This document shows, in pieces, positions 48,899-58,900 of a DNA stretch of 64,000 nt (positions are counted from its first letter, which is position 1; each line of letters starts with the position of its first letter). The translations under genes and the position numbers were made by a program. Origin of the DNA: Bacteroidota bacterium (lineage in GTDB: Bacteria > Bacteroidota > Bacteroidia > Bacteroidales > JAIFNL01); contig JAIFNL010000080.1 of the NCBI GenBank assembly GCA_020047755.1, positions 1,297 through 65,296 on the forward strand. The letters run 5' to 3'. The notes under the pieces were generated by a model that was given only the letters and a program-made list of their open reading frames with translations, made no database searches and had not been told where the DNA came from.

Positions 48899-48920
48899 GC
48901 AGCAAGGTGTATCTTGCTGC
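48899..48920 (-). terminator. Rho-independent terminator downstream of the TonB-dependent receptor gene (also T-run on the + strand)
   Basis: gcagcaag / cttgctgc stem with a 6-nt loop, flanked by an A7 run (48892-48898) and a T5 run (48921-48925). Confidence 0.7.
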
Positions 48921-48949
48921 TTTTTAGTTGTTTTTTGAATGGAAGGGTG

Positions 48950-51400
48950 TTAGTTTTCGCCTCCACCTTGCGAGTTTCCGCCTTTGTTGAGGTCATCGTT
49001 GTTAATTCCGCGATTTGCTTTTTTTACTTGCGTGTGCATTTGTCCAAAACGGTAGCTAATATTTAAGCGAAAGCTTCTACCTGGGCGAAACATCTCGCTT
49101 TTTTGATAATAACTAGTGGTGGTTGTTTCCGATTCCCAACTCATTGTTTTCCAGAAGATATTTTGTGCACTCAAAGAAATATTTAAGCGTTTTTCAAAGA
49201 ACTCTTTCGATGCAGAAATGCCTGAATAATAGAAGGGTGCATTTTCTGTTTCTAAGCCACCTGCCGACAGAAAATAGCCTCCAAATGCTGATAATCGGAA
49301 GTCTTTTTTGAACGAATACTGAACTCGCAAGTAGCTATTAAATCCCCAAGTTTGATTCTTTTTGTTGGCATCGGTTGCATTTTCTAGTTGATTGAAATTC
49401 AAAGAGCTATTATTGTTTACACTAAATTTTTTGCTAAAATTATAGTTCAAACTGATAGAACCACCAAGTGTTTTGATTTTCTTTACGTTTTCGTAAGTTG
49501 AATAGGCAACATCTTCGGACTCAATCCACGAAATACGGTCTATTCCGTTGCTCGAAAACGAGTAAAATGCACTCAAATTGATGTTGCCTTTTTTCATAAA
49601 CTTGTTGTAATTCAAGTTCAAAGAGTGATAATGTTCGGGTTTGAGCAGTGGGTTTCCGTAGCTTACATTTTTGGGGTTCAAATCATCTACATACGGATTC
49701 AAATACCAAATGCCTGGACGTTGAATGCGCTTATTGTAAGCTAGTTGAAGGCTATTTTGTGGATTAAATTGATACGATAAGCTTGCCGAAGGAACATATT
49801 CAAAATTTGAATTGTTGAAATTATCTCCATTATTGGAGTTAAAAACAGCATCGGTAGATGAGTTTTCGACACGAAGCCCAGCTTTGTACCCAAAGTTTTT
49901 AAACTTCTGATTGAGTGAGAAATAAGCAGCAATAATGTTTTGAGAATACTCAAAATCGATGTAACGAGCCTCATCATTTATAAATTGGTTTTGGATAAAA
50001 TCGAATAGCAACGCATCGGAATTGCTAGTGTTGAAACGGTAAATATCTTTGGCACCAATTTCGAGGGTTCCATTTTTAAGTGGCTGAACATAATCAACTT
50101 GAAAGGTATGTTCGCTGTTCATTTCTTCTTTGTCGATGATGTTTCGCGATTGATAAAAATCAAGCTGTGGTACAATGCTTTGCTCGTTGTCTTGATTTGC
50201 TAACTCAAAATCGAATTTATACGACAAGGTCAGCATTTGCTTTTTATTTTTCTTGAATGTATGCTGATAATCAATATTTCCTTCGGGCGCACCAAAATAA
50301 TAACTGTTGCTGCTGTTGCTCAAATAAGCTTGCGCAAGTTGCTTGTTGATGTCGGTTATAGAAGTTTCGCTTTCGCTTTCCGATTTGTTGTTGCCCGAAT
50401 GAAAACTAAATGAAGCACTTAGCAAGTTGAGTGAATCTATTTCGTAGCTCACTTCGCCACTTCCCCACGAAAACAAACCCGAGTTGGCATTGATACCCTC
50501 GGTATTCATGAAATGCTGATTTTCACTTAAATAGTTTTCTCTATATGAAATATTTTCCATATCTAGTGGGCTGCGATAATGGCTAGATAGATTTACCGAA
50601 AAAGAAAATTTCTTGATGGTAGCAGCATAATAAGTGCCTAAGTTGTACATGCCTAAATTATCGATACCTCCACGCAAAGTGCAAGTGTAGCCACCGAGTA
50701 GCTTTTTGAAGGTAACTATATTGATAATTCCACCAATCCCTTCGGCATCGTATTTTGCTCCAGGCGATGTAATTACCTCAATATTTTTGATATTACTTGC
50801 CGGAAAATTTTTTAAGAAGTCGGACGGATTGTTGGTTAGCATAATCGATGGTTTTCCGTCTAAAAATACCTTGAAATTACTATTGCCTTTGAGCTGAATT
50901 TTGTCGTCGCCATCGACAGTAACCATTGGCACACGGCGCAGCATTTCCAATGCGGTAGAAGTTTTTGAATCGGGGTCAGCCTCAGAGTTGTATGAAATCT
51001 TATCGGCTTCTACGGTGATGAGTTTTTTTAGTTCTACTACATTTACTTCGCCTATTTCGGTAACTAATTCAGTGAGCTTAATTTTATCTAAATCGATGTT
51101 TTTTTGTAAATTATCGATTGTGATTTTTTGTTCTAAGCTATTGAATCCTACGGCACTAATTCGCAAAATAAACTTACCTGTTTTAGTTAAATTGAAACTA
51201 AATTTACCAGTATTGTCTGCCGATAGTTGGCTTTCTACATTTTGGCTGCTTTCATGCACTACTACAATGGTAGCAAATGGAATACTTACGCCTTTTGAAT
51301 CAGTAATTTGTGCTTTTACAACTAATGAGGAAGATTGATTTTGTGCATATATCGATACAATGCAAAGTTGCATCAATAAAAAGAATAAAGCTTTTTTCAT
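48950..51400 (-). CDS. TonB-dependent receptor-like outer-membrane beta-barrel protein with N-terminal CarboxypepD_reg-like domain
   Basis: Signal peptide ...IYAQN. Carboxypeptidase-regulatory-like N-domain (VKAQITDSKGVSIPFATIVV). Plug-like region (ALEMLRRVPMVTVDGDD, GIGGIINIVT). Long beta-barrel ending ...LNISYRFG plus a Gly-rich tail. Confidence 0.8.
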   Translation of the reverse strand: MKKALFFLLMQLCIVSIYAQNQSSSLVVKAQITDSKGVSIPFATIVVVHESSQNVESQLSADNTGKFSFNLTKTGKFILRISAVGFNSLEQKITIDNLQKNIDLDKIKLTELVTEIGEVNVVELKKLITVEADKISYNSEADPDSKTSTALEMLRRVPMVTVDGDDKIQLKGNSNFKVFLDGKPSIMLTNNPSDFLKNFPASNIKNIEVITSPGAKYDAEGIGGIINIVTFKKLLGGYTCTLRGGIDNLGMYNLGTYYAATIKKFSFSVNLSSHYRSPLDMENISYRENYLSENQHFMNTEGINANSGLFSWGSGEVSYEIDSLNLLSASFSFHSGNNKSESESETSITDINKQLAQAYLSNSSNSYYFGAPEGNIDYQHTFKKNKKQMLTLSYKFDFELANQDNEQSIVPQLDFYQSRNIIDKEEMNSEHTFQVDYVQPLKNGTLEIGAKDIYRFNTSNSDALLFDFIQNQFINDEARYIDFEYSQNIIAAYFSLNQKFKNFGYKAGLRVENSSTDAVFNSNNGDNFNNSNFEYVPSASLSYQFNPQNSLQLAYNKRIQRPGIWYLNPYVDDLNPKNVSYGNPLLKPEHYHSLNLNYNKFMKKGNINLSAFYSFSSNGIDRISWIESEDVAYSTYENVKKIKTLGGSISLNYNFSKKFSVNNNSSLNFNQLENATDANKKNQTWGFNSYLRVQYSFKKDFRLSAFGGYFLSAGGLETENAPFYYSGISASKEFFEKRLNISLSAQNIFWKTMSWESETTTTSYYQKSEMFRPGRSFRLNISYRFGQMHTQVKKANRGINNDDLNKGGNSQGGGEN

Positions 51401-51707
51401 TTTTAATCGTTGTTTTAATTTTGACTGAATAAAGTTAGAACTTGGGTAGTTGGTAGCAGAAGGTAAACATGGTTTGTTTGGATTGCAAAAATATGCACTT
51501 TTTATGCAACATAAAATTATTTGCAGGTAAGTTTTGTAGTAAAGTTGTTAAGAATTATTAAAATCTGCGTTTTGTAAAATTCCTAAATGTACTGACTTGA
51601 AAATGAATAGGCTTATGGTAGATTACTGGTTGATAGTAAAAAAACATTGCAAACAGCTTTATTTAAACATAAAATATTAAAATAAAGCTATTTACACGTT
51701 TTTAATC

Positions 51708-54700
51708 CTATTTCAGTATCAATAATTTTTCTATTTTTTCAACCTCATCATCGTTTTCATTTTTTACTTTGAGCTTGTAAAAATAAACGCCTCTTCCAAT
51801 TTTGTCGCCAAAATCGTCTAAGCCGTCCCAGAAAATCCCTTCCGATAGAAAGCTCTGTACGTTAATGGTTTGCTCAATATTCTTAACCAATTTGCCCGAA
51901 ACGGTAAAAATTTGAATGGATACATCGAGGTTTGAGTTCGCCTGATTGTGAGTAAAATAAAACCAAGTGGTATTGGTAAATGGATTTGGATAATTGAATA
52001 GTTTATCGATGGTTAGTTCGCTGTCTTCAATTACCAAAAACTCTATGTCGGCAGTGGTGGAATTGTTGAGAACGTCCCAAACTTTGAGGTTCAAACTATG
52101 ATTTCCAGCAGCAACATTGGTAAAAGGATATTCTATTCGTCCTTTTTTGTAAGTGTCTTTTTCTGATTGATAAAAATCGTTGAGAATAAAACTGTTGCGG
52201 GTATCGTTGTCCAACACAGCCGTTATGTCGTGCCCTATTCCATTTCCCACGGTGTTTATTCCGGTATTTGAATTGATGTAAACAAGCAGTTTGGGGCTTT
52301 GGTTGGTAATGCCTCCAGATACAAAGGTAGAATCGTTCATATACAATTCTAAATCAATATTCTCGTTACTCGAAACCGGATTTTGAGAAAAACCACCTAT
52401 AACTATTTGGTTGCTGTAACCGGTTGCAGGAAAATCGTCGAAAAGAGCATAATAGCTAAACTTTCCAAAACCAAACTTGTACGAAATATCTTTGGGAACA
52501 ATAAAAGCGATGGAAAATTCTCCGTTTTTAACGGTAGCAATTCCGTTGTAAAGAACATTTTTTTGTACCTGAAAATCGACAATGGGCGCACCGTCTTGCC
52601 CAAGAGTTTGTTGGGTCATAAATTTATCGAAAACCGTTAAGTTTAGTGTTCCATTCAAACTTGTCAATTTTAGGTTTTGAGAATTGACAATCTCGCCGCT
52701 AATTCTGACTTCTTCAGCGGCTTTGAGCGTGTCTTGTCCTACTGTTTTTTCATTTATCGAAGTTGTTAATACTTTGTACTTTGGAATTGCAATTTGCAAA
52801 GCGGGGTCGCCCAAAAGTGTAAAATTGAGTTTGTTGATGCCCGAACCCGAAGTATTTTTGGTACGCTGCATTACTTCACCTAGCCTATATTGCTCATTGT
52901 TGTCATCGTTTTCAAAAATAAAGTCGTAAAATTTGTTGTTGAGCGTATAATTTGGCGAGGCATACACCAAACGAGTAGTTGAAAATAAGGCAACTCCTCC
53001 TCCATCGGGGTTCAATAAAATCTCCTCACCTGCGGTAACAATTTCCCAATCGTCGAAGCGTGAAAATTCGCAAGTTGCGGTCATAAAAACAGCCAGTTTG
53101 TCTTTATTTTTCCACGACCGAATAATACCAATATCAATTACTTTTTCGTGCGCAAGGGTGGATTCGTTGCCGTGCCCATTGTAGTTAAAAATAAGCGTTC
53201 CTTTGTTCAAAGCATCTTCTACCCCTTGGTTGATGCCCACCGAAGTAGAACCTCCGGCGGTACTTTCTTGATTGTAAGCACCTATATATAGTTTTGTGAT
53301 GTTGTATTCGGGGTGTAAAAGTCGTACTTTGTCCGACAAGCCTTCGCCGTGGTTTAAATGAATATTGCCGTTGTTATCATCGCCATCGTCGGCTACAAAA
53401 GTGATATTGTTTTGCCAGCTTCCAAAAGAAGCCGCGCTGTTGTAATGCTTTGTTTTGCTTACTAATAGCTCGGCTTGTTGGGTAGTTTCTACCGGAAAAC
53501 GCCCAATTCCAATATCCAAAAGCCCCGTATAATCGCCTTCGTTTTCGTCTAACAACCCAAAGAAGTCGTCGGAAACAAAAGAGCTAGTTGGCGAAACAGA
53601 ATTTTCTGATTGATAAGTAAGTATGTAATTAGAATTTGTACTTCCAGCTATTCGCCCCACATTGTCATACGAGCCATTACCAAAAAGCAACAAGTAGCGT
53701 GGGTATTTGCCTTGCGTTTGAGCTCTGTTGTAAAACATTCGTACAAAATCTCTTAGAGCAGAAACATCAACTGCCCCCGACGAAAATTCATTGTAAATTT
53801 GCTCGGGTTTTACTAGCGTAACGTGTAGATTTGTAGTTTGTTGATAATAATTTTTCAAATCATTGGCTTGCGCATAAAATTTAGGATTGGCTATAATAAT
53901 GTAATCTGTTTGTTCAAGAGCATGCAAATTTTGGTTTTCTACTTTGCCAAGCCCAGTGCCTTGAGTAATAGGCGTTAAAAAAGAACTTCCATTAAAAGCA
54001 ACAAACTCTAAGGTTTTATTGTTTTTTTGTTTAAAATACGATTTTCCACCATTGAAATTAGTTGCTATTGCTTGCACATTGTGCATATCGGTAACGTTCC
54101 AAACAGACATCGTTTCGGTTGTATTTCCAACTATCAGCTCGCAAATTTTTTCTTGTGCAGTAACATTCAAATAGCGAAAAGGCATTTGGCTACCCGAAAA
54201 AATCAATTCTCGCCTGGCATTGAGCACAAAATTATCGAGCCATGCTTCGCTCGATGCGCTTGACTTTGTATATTTTAAATTTAAGTTTAAATTGCTATTG
54301 CCTGACGAAGCAAAAGTATGTATTTTGGTTAAAGCCTGAGCATAAGGTGCCGTTTCGGAAACCGAAGTAGCTGGCACCGACATGAGCGAGGTGTAATTGT
54401 CGATGGAAAGAGTAAACGACGAAACAGCAAAAGAGCGAGCCGCAACAACTGATTTTAATTTAATTTCGCTAGCATTTACAATGTTCGGAAAATTGATATT
54501 GAAATCGTATTCTAGTTGAGCATCAAACTTTTCGCCAACCCAACTACTCCCCGACTCTATTAGGTTTTCGAGCTCGCGTTCGTGAAAATAGTAATCGGTA
54601 AATTGCTGTATGGTTTCGCTAGCAGGATCTGTAATTTGTGGCATTGTAGCTATTTGATTATCAAAACCTGAATTGTAGTCCGATGTGATGAAATAATACG

Positions 54701-55508
54701 CATAATCGCTAAATTTGTGCAAAGTAGGCAAAAACATTTGAATTGTAGAGCTGTAATCCCAGCGAGTTGGTCCTTTGGCATAAAACAAAATATGGTCGCT
54801 GTTTTTCTTTATTTTAAGTTCTTTGAGGTCGTCGATGCGCTCAGTTGCGTTTTGAGTCGAAAGTAAACCTTCTCCGTTGCCAAAAACCCGCACATTTTGT
54901 GGGTTTGCTATTCCTAAAGCAGTCAGCTGTTCAAATGTTAGTTTGTAAATGCCCGTTTGGTTAATTGCTATTTTGTACCAATTACCTGAGCTAAGTACCG
55001 AGTTTTGTGCATATTTCTTTGCCAACTTTTTAGCTGTTCGTTTTAGCGTGCTTTTTACTAACTGATAATCAAAACTCACAAGCCGTTCTAATTCATTGGT
55101 TTGGGCATTGCGCCTAATGGGCACAAACGAAAATTGCAAATACAGTTTTTGTTGCGAGAAGTATTCTTCAGCCACTACGTTGATGTTTTGCTTAATTAGG
55201 TTTAGATTCGCTACACCTTGAAGTTTACTTTTATTGATAGGTTCAAAAACCATATTGGTAAGTTGCACGTCGTATTTATAATTGTCTGCTTGTAGATGGT
55301 TTATATCTATCAAATTAGAATAAAAAGGCAAGAAACTCTGGTCATCGAGATTTGCATTTTCAAAATACAGAAATTCTTGAACCTCCTGGTTTTCGTTTGT
55401 TTTAGAAAGGTTCTCTTTCCAGCTAAGTTTATCAGAGTAGGTTTCTTGCGAGAATAAGGCACTCGAAAGTAGTAAAACAAGTATGGTTGCAGCAATTAAC
55501 TTATACAT
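51708..55508 (-). CDS. porU: Type IX secretion system C-terminal signal peptidase/sortase PorU (C25 gingipain-like)
   Basis: About 1266 aa. C25-like catalytic region NYNGHGNESTLAHEKV (His) and FMTATCEFSRFDD (Cys). LLFGNGSYDN. C-terminal CTD-like FNYPNPFTNTTWFYF...GVYFYKLKV. The ATG at 55508 is preferred over the TTG at 55517. Confidence 0.8.
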   Translation of the reverse strand: MYKLIAATILVLLLSSALFSQETYSDKLSWKENLSKTNENQEVQEFLYFENANLDDQSFLPFYSNLIDINHLQADNYKYDVQLTNMVFEPINKSKLQGVANLNLIKQNINVVAEEYFSQQKLYLQFSFVPIRRNAQTNELERLVSFDYQLVKSTLKRTAKKLAKKYAQNSVLSSGNWYKIAINQTGIYKLTFEQLTALGIANPQNVRVFGNGEGLLSTQNATERIDDLKELKIKKNSDHILFYAKGPTRWDYSSTIQMFLPTLHKFSDYAYYFITSDYNSGFDNQIATMPQITDPASETIQQFTDYYFHERELENLIESGSSWVGEKFDAQLEYDFNINFPNIVNASEIKLKSVVAARSFAVSSFTLSIDNYTSLMSVPATSVSETAPYAQALTKIHTFASSGNSNLNLNLKYTKSSASSEAWLDNFVLNARRELIFSGSQMPFRYLNVTAQEKICELIVGNTTETMSVWNVTDMHNVQAIATNFNGGKSYFKQKNNKTLEFVAFNGSSFLTPITQGTGLGKVENQNLHALEQTDYIIIANPKFYAQANDLKNYYQQTTNLHVTLVKPEQIYNEFSSGAVDVSALRDFVRMFYNRAQTQGKYPRYLLLFGNGSYDNVGRIAGSTNSNYILTYQSENSVSPTSSFVSDDFFGLLDENEGDYTGLLDIGIGRFPVETTQQAELLVSKTKHYNSAASFGSWQNNITFVADDGDDNNGNIHLNHGEGLSDKVRLLHPEYNITKLYIGAYNQESTAGGSTSVGINQGVEDALNKGTLIFNYNGHGNESTLAHEKVIDIGIIRSWKNKDKLAVFMTATCEFSRFDDWEIVTAGEEILLNPDGGGVALFSTTRLVYASPNYTLNNKFYDFIFENDDNNEQYRLGEVMQRTKNTSGSGINKLNFTLLGDPALQIAIPKYKVLTTSINEKTVGQDTLKAAEEVRISGEIVNSQNLKLTSLNGTLNLTVFDKFMTQQTLGQDGAPIVDFQVQKNVLYNGIATVKNGEFSIAFIVPKDISYKFGFGKFSYYALFDDFPATGYSNQIVIGGFSQNPVSSNENIDLELYMNDSTFVSGGITNQSPKLLVYINSNTGINTVGNGIGHDITAVLDNDTRNSFILNDFYQSEKDTYKKGRIEYPFTNVAAGNHSLNLKVWDVLNNSTTADIEFLVIEDSELTIDKLFNYPNPFTNTTWFYFTHNQANSNLDVSIQIFTVSGKLVKNIEQTINVQSFLSEGIFWDGLDDFGDKIGRGVYFYKLKVKNENDDEVEKIEKLLILK

Positions 55509-55587
55509 AAAAATCAAATTATTATTTTATTACAAATGGGCATTGAAATAATAAACAAATGAAACTAAGGGACATTTAAAATTTTCA

Positions 55588-55595
55588 CAAATATA
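55588..55595 (-). promoter_or_regulatory. Candidate -7 box (TAtaTTTG on the minus strand) upstream of porU
   Basis: Plus-strand caaatata is the reverse complement of TATATTTG, about 70-80 nt upstream of the porU start. It lies within a 17-nt block repeated upstream of the next gene. Confidence 0.3.
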
Positions 55596-55675
55596 ATTCT
55601 TTTATCAAAAGGCGTGTGTATTTTGTGGAAACTTTTTTAGAATCCTTGCCAAAGCTGTTGTTTTTCTATTCACGT

Positions 55676-56098
55676 TTAGCTGTGCTTTGCTTGAAGATAT
55701 TTAATGGTCGATTCTATGATTTTTAGTAGAGCTTCTTGGTGAATGTCAGATAGTTTTTTAATGTAAATGCAGCCTTTGCCCATCTTAAACTTGCCCAAAT
55801 CACTTAGCAAGTCTTCTTGCCCCGAACAACCAGAATAAACATAAAGTGATATTGCGGCTTTTCGAGGCGAAAAACCTACCAAGAGCCAATCGCCTTCTTG
55901 CCTACTTTTTTCGGATTTATAGTGATACTGTCCAAATCCGATGATAGAATTGCCCCACATTTTGGGTTGGTATCCCGTAAAATCTTGCATAAGTTTTAAA
56001 ATTGCAAAGCTATCTTCTTTTTTTTGTTGCGTGTCGGCAAAAGAATTGATAAATTCTTCTACATTTGAGTCATTCTGTTTTGTTTTTAATTCAGCCAT
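55676..56098 (-). CDS. DUF1801 (YdhG-like) domain protein
   Basis: VEEFINSFADTQQKKEDSFAILKLMQDFTGYQPKMWGNSIIGFGQYHYK...VGFSPRKAAISLYV is the typical DUF1801 pattern. Confidence 0.75.
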   Translation of the reverse strand: MAELKTKQNDSNVEEFINSFADTQQKKEDSFAILKLMQDFTGYQPKMWGNSIIGFGQYHYKSEKSRQEGDWLLVGFSPRKAAISLYVYSGCSGQEDLLSDLGKFKMGKGCIYIKKLSDIHQEALLKIIESTIKYLQAKHS

Positions 56099-56191
56099 TT
56101 TAGTTATATTTTAGAAAGTTATTGTGTTACGCGTATCAATTTGTAAACCTAGCGTTTAGATTGTAATTTATCTACGCAATTATTTTTTTTA

Positions 56192-56199
56192 CAAATATA
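56192..56199 (-). promoter_or_regulatory. Candidate -7 box (TAtaTTTG on the minus strand) upstream of the DUF1801 gene
   Basis: Same 17-nt block (acaaatataattctttt) as upstream of porU, about 94 nt upstream of the ATG at 56098. Confidence 0.3.
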
Positions 56200-56282
56200 A
56201 TTCTTTTTTAGAATAGTTCGTATTTGATGTTTGTTTTATTGTTTTTCCATAACATAATACCGTTTGGTTTGCACATACAAAA

Positions 56283-56317
56283 AAAAGCTGTTCTTTTTTT
56301 GTGAAAGAACAGCTTTT
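56283..56317 (-). terminator. Rho-independent terminator ending the SusC/SusD/lipoprotein operon
   Basis: aaaagctgttcttt / aaagaacagctttt 14-bp stem with a 7-nt loop. T-run on the minus strand (plus-strand A-run at 56279-56286). Confidence 0.75.
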
Positions 56318-56459
56318 AAATAATATCAAATTACGCTAAGATTATCTTTTAATTTTAATAACTTTAGGCAATTTAGTTTTTACACTTTTCATATCTCCAC
56401 CACCTAATTGAATTTCGGAAGTAAAATAGTGTGTAGTGTTTGATTACAATAATACCTAT

Positions 56460-57437
56460 TTAACGTTTAATACGAACGTAATTATTATTCTTAGTCCAGC
56501 CCATAGATTTATTAGCAACCGGATTCAATGTCAATGTAGCAGTCATCACGGTAGCACCTGCAAAATAAGAAGAATAAGTTGCAGCTAAGCCTTTTGCATC
56601 ACCCGGATAATAAATATCGTATTTCAAAATCAAGGTAGGATTTGCACCACAATTATTCCATGTTCCGGTACCTGCTACTTCATAATCGTAAAGGTCGCCT
56701 TTATAGTCAGTAGTATAGATATATTGACGAGGAATAGTTACAGTGTTATTGGTCAAATCAACGTCCATTTTAAACGAACCACCATCAACAACTGTTTCAC
56801 CCCACCAATCTTCCATAAATCCAAAACTTAAACCATCAACAACGGCTTTATCACCATCGGCAGTTATCGAAACTTGGCTATTGTAACCGAAGTCATCGCC
56901 TTTCCATGAACCAACAAGCTCACTAACACCATCTGAAAGAGCGCAAAACGTTTTTTCGTAAAGCTCGATAGTAGCAGTAGTACTAGCAGTAGCAAGTGCT
57001 ACATCGGGGCTAGTAATTTCAAGAACCAATTTCTTTTTTTCCTCGGCAACGAAACCCGAATTTAACACCTTAACACTAACGGCAGCAGAAAAACTCCCCG
57101 CAGGTATAGTAACGCTGGTAGTAGGCAATGTAACATGAGTTCCTAATTTAGCTTCGGAAGAGGCAGCTACGGCTATAGTAACAGTAATTGCTTTATCCAA
57201 AGGTTGCCCTATCATTTTTACTTTCAAATTGACAGTAGCATCTAATTCTTCGCCTAAATAACTTTGCGAGAACCAGTTTACCGAAGCAGGAACGTTCGAT
57301 AACAATACCGAATTTTTCAACTCACCTTTTACATCATCAAATTGCTCAAAAAGCACTTCTTTTTCATCACAAGCCGATAGTATAATAGCACTTGCAATGA
57401 ATAGGCTAATTATTTTAAATATTTTTTTCATATTCAT
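56460..57437 (-). CDS. PUL-associated surface lipoprotein (hypothetical)
   Basis: Lipobox AIILSACDEK, located immediately downstream of the SusD-like gene. No catalytic family recognised. Confidence 0.55.
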   Translation of the reverse strand: MNMKKIFKIISLFIASAIILSACDEKEVLFEQFDDVKGELKNSVLLSNVPASVNWFSQSYLGEELDATVNLKVKMIGQPLDKAITVTIAVAASSEAKLGTHVTLPTTSVTIPAGSFSAAVSVKVLNSGFVAEEKKKLVLEITSPDVALATASTTATIELYEKTFCALSDGVSELVGSWKGDDFGYNSQVSITADGDKAVVDGLSFGFMEDWWGETVVDGGSFKMDVDLTNNTVTIPRQYIYTTDYKGDLYDYEVAGTGTWNNCGANPTLILKYDIYYPGDAKGLAATYSSYFAGATVMTATLTLNPVANKSMGWTKNNNYVRIKR

Positions 57438-57468
57438 TTTATTTTAAAAATTTTAAATACACACCAGA

Positions 57469-58866
57469 CTACTTATCCCACCAATTTTTAGAATTGATTG
57501 TCAAATCCTTAGGAGTATTCTCATTGTAAGTAACCTCCTCTTGTGGATAAGGGTATCTACGTGGAATTTGCCCAATAGCACTAGCCGGAGCAGACAAAGC
57601 AGGAATACCTGTACGTCTCCAGTCGTTGTAAGCTTGAACTGTTGCAATGCTCGAAATATACTTTTGGGTCATTACATCAGTCAATGAAACCGAGGCTTTG
57701 TTGTTGATGTTAGCATCTAACCATGTTGTATTAGCAGCTCCGGTTTGTTGTAATACCGAAGCAGCAGTAGCTGCTTTGAAAGCTGCAAGAGCAGGAGCTG
57801 CATTTCCCAACATCAAATTGGCTTCAGCTTCAATAAATTTCAACTCAGCATACGACATCAATATCACGGAAGTACTTTTACCGGCAATAGCAGTTCCCAT
57901 TAGAGAAACACCACTAGTTTCAGTAGCTTGAGGAGCTCCTACAGCAACTCCTCCAATAAGAGTAGCAGTAAAATTAATACGAGGGTCAGATGCAGTATTT
58001 AGCATATTAACGTAAGTCTCAGACATATTAGCATCGGCACGTTCTAAATTGAATTGATACAATGGATTAGCTGCACGGTCGCCTACGCCAAAAGGAATAA
58101 TGAAGTTATCGTCGTTAGAAGCCAATGCATTTGATATATAACCTAAAGCTTCGGTAGCCGCAGCATTACCATTTACTTTAGAAAGATTCATTGCATAGCG
58201 AGCTTTTAAAGCATAAGCCACCTTAGTCCATTTTGCAGCATTTCCATTAAAAACCATATCGCCTTTTACAACATCGGTAGGGTCAGCCGCTACAGCTAAC
58301 AATGTAATAGCATCAGACAATAGAGTTTGGATAGTAGTATAAATAGACTGTTGTGTGTCAAAAGTAGCATTATACTCTCCATTTTCACCGCCAAAAGCAT
58401 TAGAATAAGGAATATCGCCCCATAAGTCGGTAGTAATACCTAAGGTTACGGCAATGTGAATATTGGCAATAGCCTCATAATGCCCATTAGGTTTAAGGTC
58501 TGAGAATTGACCTTCAGATTTAGCCATTTGTTTCAACACCAAAGCATCTTTTAAAATACCAGCATAAATAGCATTCCAAAGGTTATTGCAATCTGATGGT
58601 AAAAACTGATGTTTGCTAATAGTGTATTGCTGACGGGCAAAGCCGTTAAAATATTGCATCCAGTTGTTGGTAGTCAATACTGCATCATTCCCACCTAAGC
58701 TATAGCCCATTCGAGCCTGAATAGCAGGCAAGATTAGAGCTTTAGGAACAATAGTGGGAGAATCTGGATCAACATTCAAATCGGTATTAATCCATTTTTC
58801 GCACGAGCCTAATATCAGAACAGACATCAAAATCAGTGCTAATGATTTTATTTTATATATTTTCAT
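57469..58866 (-). CDS. SusD/RagB-family nutrient-binding outer-membrane lipoprotein (SusD-like_2 type)
   Basis: Lipobox VLILGSCEKW. Helical TPR-like body. Ends ...INSKNWWDK, typical of this subfamily. Directly follows susC. The ATG at 58866 is preferred over the GTG at 58890. Confidence 0.8.
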   Translation of the reverse strand: MKIYKIKSLALILMSVLILGSCEKWINTDLNVDPDSPTIVPKALILPAIQARMGYSLGGNDAVLTTNNWMQYFNGFARQQYTISKHQFLPSDCNNLWNAIYAGILKDALVLKQMAKSEGQFSDLKPNGHYEAIANIHIAVTLGITTDLWGDIPYSNAFGGENGEYNATFDTQQSIYTTIQTLLSDAITLLAVAADPTDVVKGDMVFNGNAAKWTKVAYALKARYAMNLSKVNGNAAATEALGYISNALASNDDNFIIPFGVGDRAANPLYQFNLERADANMSETYVNMLNTASDPRINFTATLIGGVAVGAPQATETSGVSLMGTAIAGKSTSVILMSYAELKFIEAEANLMLGNAAPALAAFKAATAASVLQQTGAANTTWLDANINNKASVSLTDVMTQKYISSIATVQAYNDWRRTGIPALSAPASAIGQIPRRYPYPQEEVTYNENTPKDLTINSKNWWDK

Positions 58867-58900
58867 AAATCTTTTTTTTAAAATTTTCACAAACTACAAA

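Noticed and set aside
48950-49060. Unusual Gly-rich C-terminal tail (…NDDLNKGGNSQGGGEN) on the TonB-dependent receptor-like protein instead of a terminal aromatic residue.
   Set aside because: Members of the OMP_b-brl_3-type receptor family commonly end with ...RFG followed by a short basic or Gly-rich extension. I therefore do not consider this anomalous without a database comparison.
50901-51338. 145-aa ORF antisense to the TonB-dependent receptor gene. Similar long antisense or overlapping ORFs occur at 24642-25007, 7595-7933, 9214-9552, 18421-18729, 12381-12804, 61364-61651 and elsewhere.
   Set aside because: All lie fully inside well-supported CDSs on the opposite strand or in another frame. 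They have Ser/Leu/Phe-rich low-complexity translations and no recognisable motifs, so they are typical shadow ORFs.
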